A stretch of 64,000 bases of DNA, taken from Nitrosopumilaceae archaeon. GTDB lineage: Archaea; Thermoproteota; Nitrososphaeria; Nitrososphaerales; Nitrosopumilaceae. Below are positions 1-9,491 of this stretch, one piece after another (within the stretch, counting starts at the first letter, position 1; each line of letters starts with the position of its first letter). The notes beneath the pieces were generated by a model, which worked only from the letters and a program-made list of their open reading frames with translations, searched no databases and was not told the DNA's origin. The DNA lies in contig OZ242274.1 in the NCBI GenBank assembly GCA_965207375.1, positions 1,632,001-1,696,000 of the forward strand. Reading direction: 5' to 3'. The position numbers and the translations under genes are program-made.

Positions 1-561
1 GAGCTAGCAGAACAGCTAAAAGATACTGAATCTGAGAAATCTACACCTGATTCGTCCAAACCCCTCACCCAAGATATGGTTGATGATTCAGTAAAATCCA
101 AAACAGAAGAGACACCACCTACAGAACCCAGAGGCGAAGACATTGCAAAATCTGTCTTTAATTCCCAATCAGATGAGAGTGCAGGATATGACAGGCGCAC
201 ATTTGAAGAGTTTGTAGATGAACGTGTTTTAATCAGTAGAGATTTGTTTGGTAAAAAAGAAATGAAGATCAAAATCCTAGAGGTATCTGATGAACACCAG
301 GAATCAAAGATACGATGGAAGTTTGGAGACCGAGTAAAGGTCAACAAAATCATTATCACCATCAAACACCTAGATACCATGGAGGTAGAGGAAGGCGAAT
401 TTGACATCGAAGCCATAGAAAAGGAGCTAGCAGAAAAAAGGCACTATTCCTCAACTAACAGATGGATACCTGCAACTGATATCAAAAATGGATATGTGGT
501 AAGCTCCAAACACACTGCACTGATTAGCGATGCGGTGGCACTAGACTATATTATATTTTGA
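1..561 (+). CDS. Hypothetical protein, 5'-truncated by the window edge
   Basis: Frame is open from base 1 (ELAEQLKDTESEK...) through ORF 76..561. Confidence 0.7.
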   Translation, partial: ELAEQLKDTESEKSTPDSSKPLTQDMVDDSVKSKTEETPPTEPRGEDIAKSVFNSQSDESAGYDRRTFEEFVDERVLISRDLFGKKEMKIKILEVSDEHQESKIRWKFGDRVKVNKIIITIKHLDTMEVEEGEFDIEAIEKELAEKRHYSSTNRWIPATDIKNGYVVSSKHTALISDAVALDYIIF

Positions 562-602
562 GGGTGAAAAACCTTTAAAGACTAAGTTTTAGAAGCTGAT
601 TT

Positions 603-917
603 ATGATAACAAAAACGGTTCAGGCAAATGGAACAGAATTTATGGTGACCTTGACTGATCAGGTGATAAATCAGGTAAACAGCCTCAAACAACTATACAA
701 TGCAGCATATGAGGATCCAGAAAGCTTCGAGCAGGTAAGCTCAGAGATATCCTCTACCATCAACGAGATTGCCACAGCAGCAGATCCCGAGCCTTCAGAC
801 GGTGATCTAGACGATCTGATTCAGGAAATTATTAAAGTAGTAGACAACAAAGCAGCAGAAATACAAAAAGAGTTAGAGGACAAGCCTGCAAAAAAATCTA
901 AAAAACAACATGTATAG
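603..917 (+). CDS. Hypothetical protein
   Basis: 104 aa ORF; TATA-like CTTTAAAG about 30 nt upstream. Confidence 0.7.
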   Translation: MITKTVQANGTEFMVTLTDQVINQVNSLKQLYNAAYEDPESFEQVSSEISSTINEIATAADPEPSDGDLDDLIQEIIKVVDNKAAEIQKELEDKPAKKSKKQHV

Positions 918-960
918 AAAAATTCAAGAACTATACTAAATTATTATAGGTAGAACAAAA

Positions 961-1092
961 ATGGCAAATAGTTGCGAATGTGGAATATGTGGGCATCATG
1001 ATGAAGAAGAATGCATAAAAAATGAGTGTAGATGCTGTCTAAATTTTCATCAAAGATCAGGACCTAAACAAAAAGAGTCTCAATCCAAATAG
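961..1092 (+). CDS. Small Cys/His-rich putative metal-binding protein (43 aa)
   Basis: Hand translation MANSCECGICGHHDEEECIKNECRCCLNFHQRSGPKQKESQSK; not in the ORF track. Confidence 0.6.
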   Translation: MANSCECGICGHHDEEECIKNECRCCLNFHQRSGPKQKESQSK

Positions 1093-1174
1093 CAGCTGCA
1101 TTTTTTGGCAGCATGTCTGTGGCAGCCAATTAATCTATGGTCTCGGCAACTGCAAAGAATGCATTTTTTGGCCA

Positions 1175-1570
1175 TTATTTGAGATCCTCTAGGATGTATT
1201 TTATTTTTGTTAAGAGTCTTGCCTCCTCAAATGACTCTAAAATTTTAAACCGAATGTTGTGAATTCTGCCTGTATCCTGAGAATAAAGCGGAGCCATTAT
1301 GGCAATTTCACGTTCAAAGGAATAAGTCTGTAGATATCTTTCAGATATTGATGCTAATTCAGTATGGGTATCGTGTGGATTTTTTGCAGATTCTACTTTG
1401 TTTATTATAACCTGAAACAGTGCAACAATTTTGAGGATCTCCTTGTTGATAGTATCTAAATCCCCCGGCTTGTCTTCTAATTCAGAAAGCAGGTCATGAG
1501 ACTGTACAATCTGCATCAAAATATCTTTGAAATACTCGTCATATGTTACCATGTGTAGTATCAAAAGCAC
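1175..1570 (-). CDS. Hypothetical helical protein
   Basis: 131 aa ORF divergent from thrC. Confidence 0.6.
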   Translation of the reverse strand: MLLILHMVTYDEYFKDILMQIVQSHDLLSELEDKPGDLDTINKEILKIVALFQVIINKVESAKNPHDTHTELASISERYLQTYSFEREIAIMAPLYSQDTGRIHNIRFKILESFEEARLLTKIKYILEDLK

Positions 1571-1592
1571 AACAATCTAAAAGCTTTGATTT

Positions 1593-2966
1593 TTGTTTAT
1601 CTTTAAATTGGAACAATCACAGTCAAAAATATTGCAGTCAGCATATTTGAAATGCATTGATCCCAAATGCGGTTTAGAGTATCCTATTGCCGAGATTCGA
1701 GTAGAATGCAATAAAGGACACCTACTTGATGTAAAATACAAAAAAGTACAGGCATTGCACCTCAAAGAAACGTTTCTAAAAAGAAGAAATTCTGAGGGCA
1801 GTATCTTTAATGAAAGTGGAATTTGGAGATTCAGAGAACTGTTAAACTTTTGTCAGATAGACACCGAAGATTTACAGCAATGTGCTACAAAACTAGTTTC
1901 ACTAGATGGAGCAGAAGGAAGACAGTCAAAGCCGTATCACATGTCAAAACCTGCAGAATTTGCAGGTCTTGATAACGAACATTTGTGGCTACAGCCTGAA
2001 GGATACAATCCAAGCGGCTCATTCAAAGACAACGGCATGGTCACCGCTGTAACTCATGCAAAGCTGGTAGGTGCCAAAAAAATTGTATGCGCCTCAACAG
2101 GTAACACATCTGCATCAGCAGGCATGTTTGCTGCAAACGAGGGAATGCAGTGTGATGTGTACATACCTGCAGGTCAGATAGCTCCTGGAAAATTAAGTCA
2201 GGCGTATCAGTTTGGAGCACAAATCATACAAGTTGATGGAAACTTTGATGATGCACTACGACAGTCATTAAATGATGCAAAAAACCACGACGGATACACT
2301 GTAAACTCGATTAATCCATTTAGAATAGAGGGGCAAAAGACAATTCCAATCAGAGCATTAGAGTATCTAAATTGGCAGGTTCCAGACTGGATTGTTTACC
2401 CAGGAGGCGCATTGGGAAACACATCAAGCTGTGGAAAGGCACTAGTGGAGCTATACGAGTGGGGATGGATTAAAAAAATTCCAAGAATTGCAGTAATAAA
2501 CGCTGCAGGTGCAAATACGCTCTCTGATTTGTACAATGGAAAGTTTGAAGGAGAATCATTGCGCTGGAACAAGGGCAATCCAAACACGGAACTAATTACA
2601 CGATACTATGAGGATTTAGATGATAAAGGTACAAGACCAAATACCAAGGCAACTGCCATACAAATTGGAAGACCTGCAAACATACTCAAGGGTCTAAGAG
2701 CACTTGAATTTACAAACGGCCTAGTAACTACTGTAAGCGACTCTGAAATGCTAGATGCAATGTCTGTAGTTGGCCTAAATGGATTTGACTGTGAGATGGC
2801 ATCTGGTGCAGCCTTGGCAGGAATTAAAAAACTAGTCGGCCAGGAAATTATCAAAAAGGACGATACCGTTGTTGGCATCCTTACAGGAAGGCAAAAGGAT
2901 GCAATGCTGCCCGTAGAGTATCACAATGATGTCAAAAATAGATTTGCAAAACCTCCTAGAAATTAA
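1593..2966 (+). CDS. thrC: Threonine synthase
   Basis: NPSGSFKD PLP-Lys motif, CASTGNTSAS, NSINPFRIEGQKT; true start may be slightly downstream. Confidence 0.93.
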   Translation: MFIFKLEQSQSKILQSAYLKCIDPKCGLEYPIAEIRVECNKGHLLDVKYKKVQALHLKETFLKRRNSEGSIFNESGIWRFRELLNFCQIDTEDLQQCATKLVSLDGAEGRQSKPYHMSKPAEFAGLDNEHLWLQPEGYNPSGSFKDNGMVTAVTHAKLVGAKKIVCASTGNTSASAGMFAANEGMQCDVYIPAGQIAPGKLSQAYQFGAQIIQVDGNFDDALRQSLNDAKNHDGYTVNSINPFRIEGQKTIPIRALEYLNWQVPDWIVYPGGALGNTSSCGKALVELYEWGWIKKIPRIAVINAAGANTLSDLYNGKFEGESLRWNKGNPNTELITRYYEDLDDKGTRPNTKATAIQIGRPANILKGLRALEFTNGLVTTVSDSEMLDAMSVVGLNGFDCEMASGAALAGIKKLVGQEIIKKDDTVVGILTGRQKDAMLPVEYHNDVKNRFAKPPRN

Positions 2967-3219
2967 TTTTAAATATAAATCAAAAAGACGGTGCATCTAG
3001 GCGTAGTTACAAAATTTGTCAAATATTTATTTAGGCTACTTGGTACTATCTTATACCAATTAGAATCACCCATAGAGTTTATGCATTAATTACTGGTCTC
3101 ATTTCCAAATTTATCTCATTTCTCAATCTATGTATGGTGCAATGAGTTTGTGTGGACAGTACCTATAATTGAAAATAGTAAATCAAGGTATCGTTTAAAT
3201 TGTTTTGAAAAAAATAATT

Positions 3220-5052
3220 CTATACCAAGTTTAAAAGTCTTAATTTTATTGAATCATCGTTACCAAGTTCTATGCGTTTTTCCCTCTCATCGGTAAGCGA
3301 ACTCAAGATGTTGGCGCCGTGTTGTTTTAATTTGTACAGGATATCATGTGGGGTAGGAATGTCATTTTCGTCCTTTTTGTACCCTGGTGCAGAAACTTTT
3401 GCAATTAATTTATCGGGCCAGGTGTCATATTTGCGCGAGTCAAACCACAACATAAAGCTTGTACACGTAGTTTCAACCACATCAAGAAGAGATTGTGGAA
3501 TCTTGTCACGTTTTTTTAAATCTTGAAAGATCTTTATGATTTCATCTTCGACGAATCGTCGTTGGTCTATTGGAATTTCTGCCATCGATATTCCTATAAA
3601 TCGTAAAATAAAATACTTTATAGTTTTCTTGCCAAATATTTGCATCTGCCTCTTGTATCTATCTTTAAAGTCACAAGTTTGAGATTTTTTGCCCCAGTTT
3701 CTACACAATTCATCTATAGTTGTTAGGAATATGTGCGGTATGATTAGTTCTTTGATCTTACGATTCAAAAAGACCTTGTCATATTCAATGCGTTCTGCAA
3801 GCGAGAATAGATCTTTTTCTGGCATCATGGCCCCATTAGGATCAATTGCATAGGCGTAATATGCCCTTGCAGTGGTGTTTTTCTTTAAAAGTCGACGTAA
3901 AGTAACACGATTCTGTATACGGGCAGGCTCTGAACCAAATCCATTAGTTTGTCTTTCAAAATAAAAATCATTAAAATGAGTTTTACACTGAGATACAAGA
4001 TCACGCAATTCATCTGCAGTTGCTATTAAATCGATTGGTTTAATCGGATTTTGTGTATTTGTAGTTTGGCTTATCAGTACGTGCTCATCATCATCTGCCG
4101 TTTCGTGTATAGTCAGTGTTACAAAAATATCTTCAATTGATTCAGGTGATTTTTCCAAGACATATGTAGTCTGTCGTCCATTTACCACTTTGAGATTCCT
4201 AACTATGAATTCATTGGGGGAAGTTTCCTCAAAACCATCACACACAGCAGTAATACCGTTATTTAGTTTCCAAAATTTCTTTTGCCTCACAGAATCTGCA
4301 ATTGTTTTTAATATCTCTCTGTTTGTAAGTGACATGCTTAGATGTTCACGCGGATTTTCTAGATAAATGGAACGTTTGTAAGGCTTTATTGATTTGATTA
4401 AATCATGGGCATTGACATGACCTAAGATTGATGCTTTTTTGGTGGTAGGATCAGGTCGTTTTATTATATTGCCATTAAAATGAATTTTGATGTCAGGAGT
4501 ATGGGGCGTTCTGACATGTGAAAGAATTTCATCCAAATCTAGTATTTCGATGTTAATATCTGGGGAAAGCTTGTCACATTCATCATGAATCAACTGTTTT
4601 GCCTGATCATTTAGTTTACCTGTTACTGCAAAAAGCAGGATCTTTTTAAGATTAGGATTTTCTTGCCGCAACATGTTATAATCTCTGGATTTTTGTTTAA
4701 AATTAGAATTAGCGTCGTTTGGACAATTTTCCAAATATTTTAGCGTCTCTCTAAAAGATAAAATTTCCTCCCGGTCTACGATATGATTTAGCGTACTGCT
4801 GAATTTTGACTGTACAATCCACACGGATTGATTAGTTCCATTTCCGTCATAGTCTATGTACAGTATATCTATACCATAATCATTGGAGCCATCAATGCTT
4901 ACTGCCTCATCAATATCAAGTTCACTGTCAATGTCTAAAATATTGGTACATACCCAGCGTGGAAATGCCTGATAGTCTTTGATATCGTATTCTTTGGAAA
5001 TGTTTTGTATCTCTTCTATAAATTGTGACTGCATCTGCTCATCAGACATCAT
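3220..5052 (-). CDS. AIPR family protein (abortive infection / phage resistance)
   Basis: FWKLNNGIT and VVNGRQTT motifs, TNTQN; N-terminal nuclease-like D..GID...QSK. Confidence 0.85.
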   Translation of the reverse strand: MMSDEQMQSQFIEEIQNISKEYDIKDYQAFPRWVCTNILDIDSELDIDEAVSIDGSNDYGIDILYIDYDGNGTNQSVWIVQSKFSSTLNHIVDREEILSFRETLKYLENCPNDANSNFKQKSRDYNMLRQENPNLKKILLFAVTGKLNDQAKQLIHDECDKLSPDINIEILDLDEILSHVRTPHTPDIKIHFNGNIIKRPDPTTKKASILGHVNAHDLIKSIKPYKRSIYLENPREHLSMSLTNREILKTIADSVRQKKFWKLNNGITAVCDGFEETSPNEFIVRNLKVVNGRQTTYVLEKSPESIEDIFVTLTIHETADDDEHVLISQTTNTQNPIKPIDLIATADELRDLVSQCKTHFNDFYFERQTNGFGSEPARIQNRVTLRRLLKKNTTARAYYAYAIDPNGAMMPEKDLFSLAERIEYDKVFLNRKIKELIIPHIFLTTIDELCRNWGKKSQTCDFKDRYKRQMQIFGKKTIKYFILRFIGISMAEIPIDQRRFVEDEIIKIFQDLKKRDKIPQSLLDVVETTCTSFMLWFDSRKYDTWPDKLIAKVSAPGYKKDENDIPTPHDILYKLKQHGANILSSLTDEREKRIELGNDDSIKLRLLNLV

Positions 5053-5481
5053 TTAATCATTGTATCGTATGTTTATAACCCTTGTAATGCAAATACAGCA
5101 AAATCTTGATTGTGATCATATTCTATTCTGAATTATTTTGAAAAAATTGATTGTAATCTTATGTTCTCCGATCAAGGAAATTATGTGATAAATCGTATGT
5201 GTTAACGTCTAGATTTTTACTCTTATTTTATGACATCTCAAATTCGTGTTTAAAATTTACCAGAATTTCAAATCAACGTTACGATTTTGACATATTCTAA
5301 AAAATTTGTTGATTAATGGTTTTTGCCTTGCATGGTCTTGACTGCAATCACAAAATAAGAATGTGCCAAAACTCTAATGCTGCAAGTACTCTTCCATTTG
5401 TCAACGTGTTGCTCACCGTGACGGATTGTCAGGTTATCCATGTGTTGGTACGTGCCAGTAACAGTTACATGCATGTCATTT

Positions 5482-7170
5482 CTAATAGTAATGATGCATC
5501 TGCCGCTGCTCCAAACCCTCCTGCTCCCAGTGGTTATGGTTTCTTCCAGGTTCTTTGTGGGCGTGAACGGTCCCGTCAATATGGCAATGAGTATTGTCAA
5601 TAAGGTCTTTTACAAAGACGTCATCTACATTCAAAACCATATTTACCGCCTCAATAGAGGATTTTAACATCTGCTCTTTGACTGCAGCAGTATCTATTAT
5701 TCCACTCAAAGACATATCCTCCACACCTCTGGCACTAGAGTTAATCCCGTACCACCTAATTTGTCCGGTTCCTGAGGTTTTTGCCCTTAACTGCGGCAGT
5801 ACATCTAGCGTATTCATACCCACATTTCTTGCCAATGTCAACGGTATTTCGTCTAATGCATCGGCAAAACTTTGTATCGCTATTTGCTCCTTTCCTTCTA
5901 TTGATTCTGAAATTTCTCTGACCCTTTGTGCAATTATTGCCTCACATGAACCGCCGCCGAAAACGACAAATGGATCTTCAATAAAGTTTCTCAGCACAAA
6001 GATCGCATTTTTTACCGTACGATGAAACTCGTCAAGGTATCTTTTTGAACTGCATCGCAGCAGGAGTGTTACTGATCTGGGATTTTTTGCCTCTACAAAC
6101 AACATCTTATCCTCGCCGACATTTCTCTCGTATACGGAGGATGCAAAACCCAATTCATCCTTTGAGATTTTTTCAACATCCTTGCATGTATGAGCACCTG
6201 TGGATTTTTCCAGCCACCATAAATCATTATATTTTACCCTCCGGACCGAGATTATTCCCTGTTTAGCAAAGTATTCCTGTGCCAATTCTCCTATACCCTT
6301 CCTTGATATGACCAGTCCGGCACCTGATTCAGCAACCTTTTTGGCCAGCAAAAGGACATCACTTCCTTCTTGCTTTAGGAATTGACTCATCTGGGATGGG
6401 CTGGTGATCTCTATTTCTGACTCTGCCTTTGTCCGCATGGTTTCTAGCGGGTCGTTTAACAGCAGAACCTTTACGTCTTGCAGGCAGATTGGCATTTCAG
6501 AACTATCCACAGTCTTGTCAATTACAGTTCCCATTACAAGCTGGATGTCCCATGAGTTGCCAGATTTTTCTTCAATTTTGATGTCGTCTATGTCTATCTT
6601 TTGATTGTTAAAATCTGCCACAGCACAGACTGCATCCATTATCATCGCCCGTATCTTTATATTTTCAGGCATGGCATCAAAGATTGCCTTTCCTTCCAAA
6701 CAAGAATCAAGTAGCTGCTCCATAAGATTCCTGTCAGTATGACTCGACTTGATCTTTATCTCCTCCAAACATGTCAGGGCAGCCTCCAAGCTCATTTCAA
6801 AGCCTCGGATAATTGCTGTTGTAGGTATACCCATGCTGCGTAGCTTTTGCGCATGTTTTAGCAATGCACCAATTAAGACTGCAGACGCTATAGTACCATC
6901 GCCCACATGCCTATCCACCGTATTTACTGCTTCGACAACTGTTTTTGCAGCAGGATGATCAACGTCTACCTTTCTCAGAAAAGCCCCGCCGTGATTGGTA
7001 ATGGTTTCCTCCCCCAAGATGTCTATGTAGACCTTATCCATTCCTCGTGGGCCAAAGGACGTCTTGATGGTTTCAGTTACTAGTTGTCCTGCAATGATAT
7101 TGTACATCTGCGATTCCCTGATTCCGATCCGCGAGAGTTCTGGATTGATTATGTCCGGATATTTCATCAT
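5482..7170 (-). CDS. Divergent group II chaperonin (thermosome-like) with His-rich C-terminal tail
   Basis: FGPRGMDK, VGDGTI, GGGSCE, IPLTLARN; tail HCHIDGTVHAH...HNH...MHHYY. Confidence 0.9.
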   Translation of the reverse strand: MMKYPDIINPELSRIGIRESQMYNIIAGQLVTETIKTSFGPRGMDKVYIDILGEETITNHGGAFLRKVDVDHPAAKTVVEAVNTVDRHVGDGTIASAVLIGALLKHAQKLRSMGIPTTAIIRGFEMSLEAALTCLEEIKIKSSHTDRNLMEQLLDSCLEGKAIFDAMPENIKIRAMIMDAVCAVADFNNQKIDIDDIKIEEKSGNSWDIQLVMGTVIDKTVDSSEMPICLQDVKVLLLNDPLETMRTKAESEIEITSPSQMSQFLKQEGSDVLLLAKKVAESGAGLVISRKGIGELAQEYFAKQGIISVRRVKYNDLWWLEKSTGAHTCKDVEKISKDELGFASSVYERNVGEDKMLFVEAKNPRSVTLLLRCSSKRYLDEFHRTVKNAIFVLRNFIEDPFVVFGGGSCEAIIAQRVREISESIEGKEQIAIQSFADALDEIPLTLARNVGMNTLDVLPQLRAKTSGTGQIRWYGINSSARGVEDMSLSGIIDTAAVKEQMLKSSIEAVNMVLNVDDVFVKDLIDNTHCHIDGTVHAHKEPGRNHNHWEQEGLEQRQMHHYY

Positions 7171-7230
7171 GACACTACCGTGCTGATATTTTTAAAGATT
7201 ATCAAGGATATTCCATGACGTATTCTATTC

Positions 7231-8823
7231 TCATGTTCCGATCGAGGACTTGGGCTTGTCGTCAGCGTCATCTGGACTGTTCGTGCCGACATCAAATCCT
7301 GAACTCATAAATTCACCCTTAAAGTGTTTCAGGTCCTCGCCTGCAATGATGTCTTCCTCTGGAGGTACATAGTCTCTGACATCATGACGTGCCTTGCCAG
7401 GATACCTGTTCTGTGTAGCAAGGGCAACACCTATGAAAACCACAAATGAAACAACTGGCGGGATCATCGTATCTAGACCCGCTAGCTCCTCTGGCATGGT
7501 GAAGAAAAACGACAGTCTGAGAAACGAGCCTACAAGCAATGACGCTATTGCTGCTGGCATGTTTGCCTTTTTCCAGAACAACCCAAATGTCAGTGGTGCA
7601 AACGCACCTGCAAACATGATATCAAATGCAAGAACCAAATAGATGCCCGGCGCAGGTACAAAGTAACCCAAGGTAGTTCCTGCTACCATCATTGGTATTA
7701 TTGTGACCCTCGTCATCCAGAGCAGCTTTTTGTCATCGGTGCCCGGCTTTCCCAGCCACCGCCTGCGTATGATTCTGGTTACTAGATTTCTAGATATGAC
7801 ACTTGATATTGCCAACAGTCCCCCGCTTGCAGTGGACATGGAGGCACCTATGACACCCATAAGTATGGCAGCCCCAACTACAAACGGAAGGTGTTCAGTT
7901 GCCAACAATGGCAAGGCAAAGGCTGGAACAGTATCTGGTGGGAGGTAGTACAGGGCAACTATTCCCAACATACTGGTTGGAACCACGGTAAACAGTGTCA
8001 AGGCACCTCCCATAAATGCCCCCCTCCTTGCAGTCTTTGGACTCTTTGCAGCAAACACCCGTTCCATAAAGTCAAGGGCAATGATATCCCCAAGACCTAG
8101 TGCAAGTATTGCACCCCAATTGATCAATGCACCGTTTCCAATATCAAACAATCCGGACAGATCCAGAAACTCTGGAGGGGCACTGTTGTATATGGCATCC
8201 CACGGTACACCAGAGAATCCACCTGCAAAGAAAAGAAAACCCACCCAGAATGCTCCAATTGCAAGATATACTTGGAACAAATTAGTATAGGCAGAAGCAA
8301 AGAGACCACCGGCAACGGTATATGCAACCACTACTAGCGCCGAGATCAATATTCCCCAAAAGTAGTTTATCCCAAAGACGGTTTCTAAAATGAATCCGCT
8401 TGCAGCTAAATTGCCTGCAACTAAAACTATAAAGCTAATAATCATCAGTACCCCCGATATTCCTTCTGCGCCATTACCATATCTTCGAAAATAAAAGTCA
8501 GGCAAGGTTATCATCATCATCTTGTTGAGTGGCTTTGCATAGAACATGGCAGTAATTAACAGGCAAACTCCTAGGCCTATTGGCACTACTGCACCTGCCC
8601 AAAATCCAAACTCAAATACAAGAGCCACGTTTCCAAGCGTAGAGTTGCCATCTACTGCCTGGGCAGCAAGCATTGTTCCGACCATTGCAAGCGGCAAACT
8701 TTTTCCTGCAACAATCAGGCGTCTCCCGCTCTGCTTTACCAGCTTTCCTGCTAGAACGCCAACTACTAGAGTCAAGATGATGAAGGCAGCTATTGCAATA
8801 CCAAAGTCTCCAAAGTCGGCCAC
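7231..8823 (-). CDS. Sodium:solute symporter (SLC5/SSS family)
   Basis: About 13 hydrophobic segments; TLPDFYFRRYG, YTVAGGLFA, ASMSTA motifs; GTG start. Confidence 0.9.
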   Translation of the reverse strand: MADFGDFGIAIAAFIILTLVVGVLAGKLVKQSGRRLIVAGKSLPLAMVGTMLAAQAVDGNSTLGNVALVFEFGFWAGAVVPIGLGVCLLITAMFYAKPLNKMMMITLPDFYFRRYGNGAEGISGVLMIISFIVLVAGNLAASGFILETVFGINYFWGILISALVVVAYTVAGGLFASAYTNLFQVYLAIGAFWVGFLFFAGGFSGVPWDAIYNSAPPEFLDLSGLFDIGNGALINWGAILALGLGDIIALDFMERVFAAKSPKTARRGAFMGGALTLFTVVPTSMLGIVALYYLPPDTVPAFALPLLATEHLPFVVGAAILMGVIGASMSTASGGLLAISSVISRNLVTRIIRRRWLGKPGTDDKKLLWMTRVTIIPMMVAGTTLGYFVPAPGIYLVLAFDIMFAGAFAPLTFGLFWKKANMPAAIASLLVGSFLRLSFFFTMPEELAGLDTMIPPVVSFVVFIGVALATQNRYPGKARHDVRDYVPPEEDIIAGEDLKHFKGEFMSSGFDVGTNSPDDADDKPKSSIGT

Positions 8824-8901
8824 TGTTAAGATTAGAACAAAAAATTATTTAAATATTGAAAATTTTGAGTAAAGTACGGTTTTACGAGTAAAAAATAATA
8901 C

Positions 8902-8918
8902 GTAAAGTACATTTAAGC
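8902..8918 (-). promoter_or_regulatory. TATA/operator motif shared with the ureohydrolase upstream region
   Basis: + strand GTAAAGTACATTTAAGC vs GTAAACTACGTTTAAGC at 16458-16474 (15/17 identical). Confidence 0.55.
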
Positions 8919-9020
8919 AAAATTTTTACATAAAAATCATAAAAATTGCAAATTTTTTAAATATGCCATTTTATTTCAGAGAATCTTAAACTTTTTTATT
9001 TAAATTCCCGATCAAAACTT

Positions 9021-9182
9021 ATGGACAAACAATTTGCATTTGCAGTAATTTTGATAATTTTGGGCTTTGGACTGACTCAGGTAAATCAGGAAGACCCTTT
9101 TTTTAGTGGATTAGGGTATGGAACTGTTGCAATGGCTGCAATTTGGATAGTATTTAGAATAGTCAAAGATCTGAAAAAATAA
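9021..9182 (+). CDS. Small two-TM membrane protein (53 aa)
   Basis: Hand translation MDKQFAFAVILIILGFGLTQVNQEDPFFSGLGYGTVAMAAIWIVFRIVKDLKK. Confidence 0.6.
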   Translation: MDKQFAFAVILIILGFGLTQVNQEDPFFSGLGYGTVAMAAIWIVFRIVKDLKK

Positions 9183-9491
9183 CCAGTGTAGAGTCTTTTG
9201 CATTAATCTTTGGCAAATAGACAGTCACCCATACTGCGGTCCACAATGTGAATAAAAAATTCACATCATATTGCAAGTGAATGGTCTAAAGAATATGCGT
9301 TACGTAACTGCTCCATTGATCAACACTGCTGTGCCTGCATTACAATAAGTGTACTCCACTTGTTACTACCATGTTGTTCACACAACGAAAAATTATTTAT
9401 TTTAAAAAATATCAAATTTACAAAAAATCATAACACAAAAAGACACCACAATTCAAGAGGTGATAAATTGTGATAATTACTACAACAATTC

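Noticed and set aside
5313..5603. ORFs overlapping the chaperonin 3' end
   Set aside because: Shadow frames without recognisable motifs; a 53-aa minus-strand ORF cannot be supported
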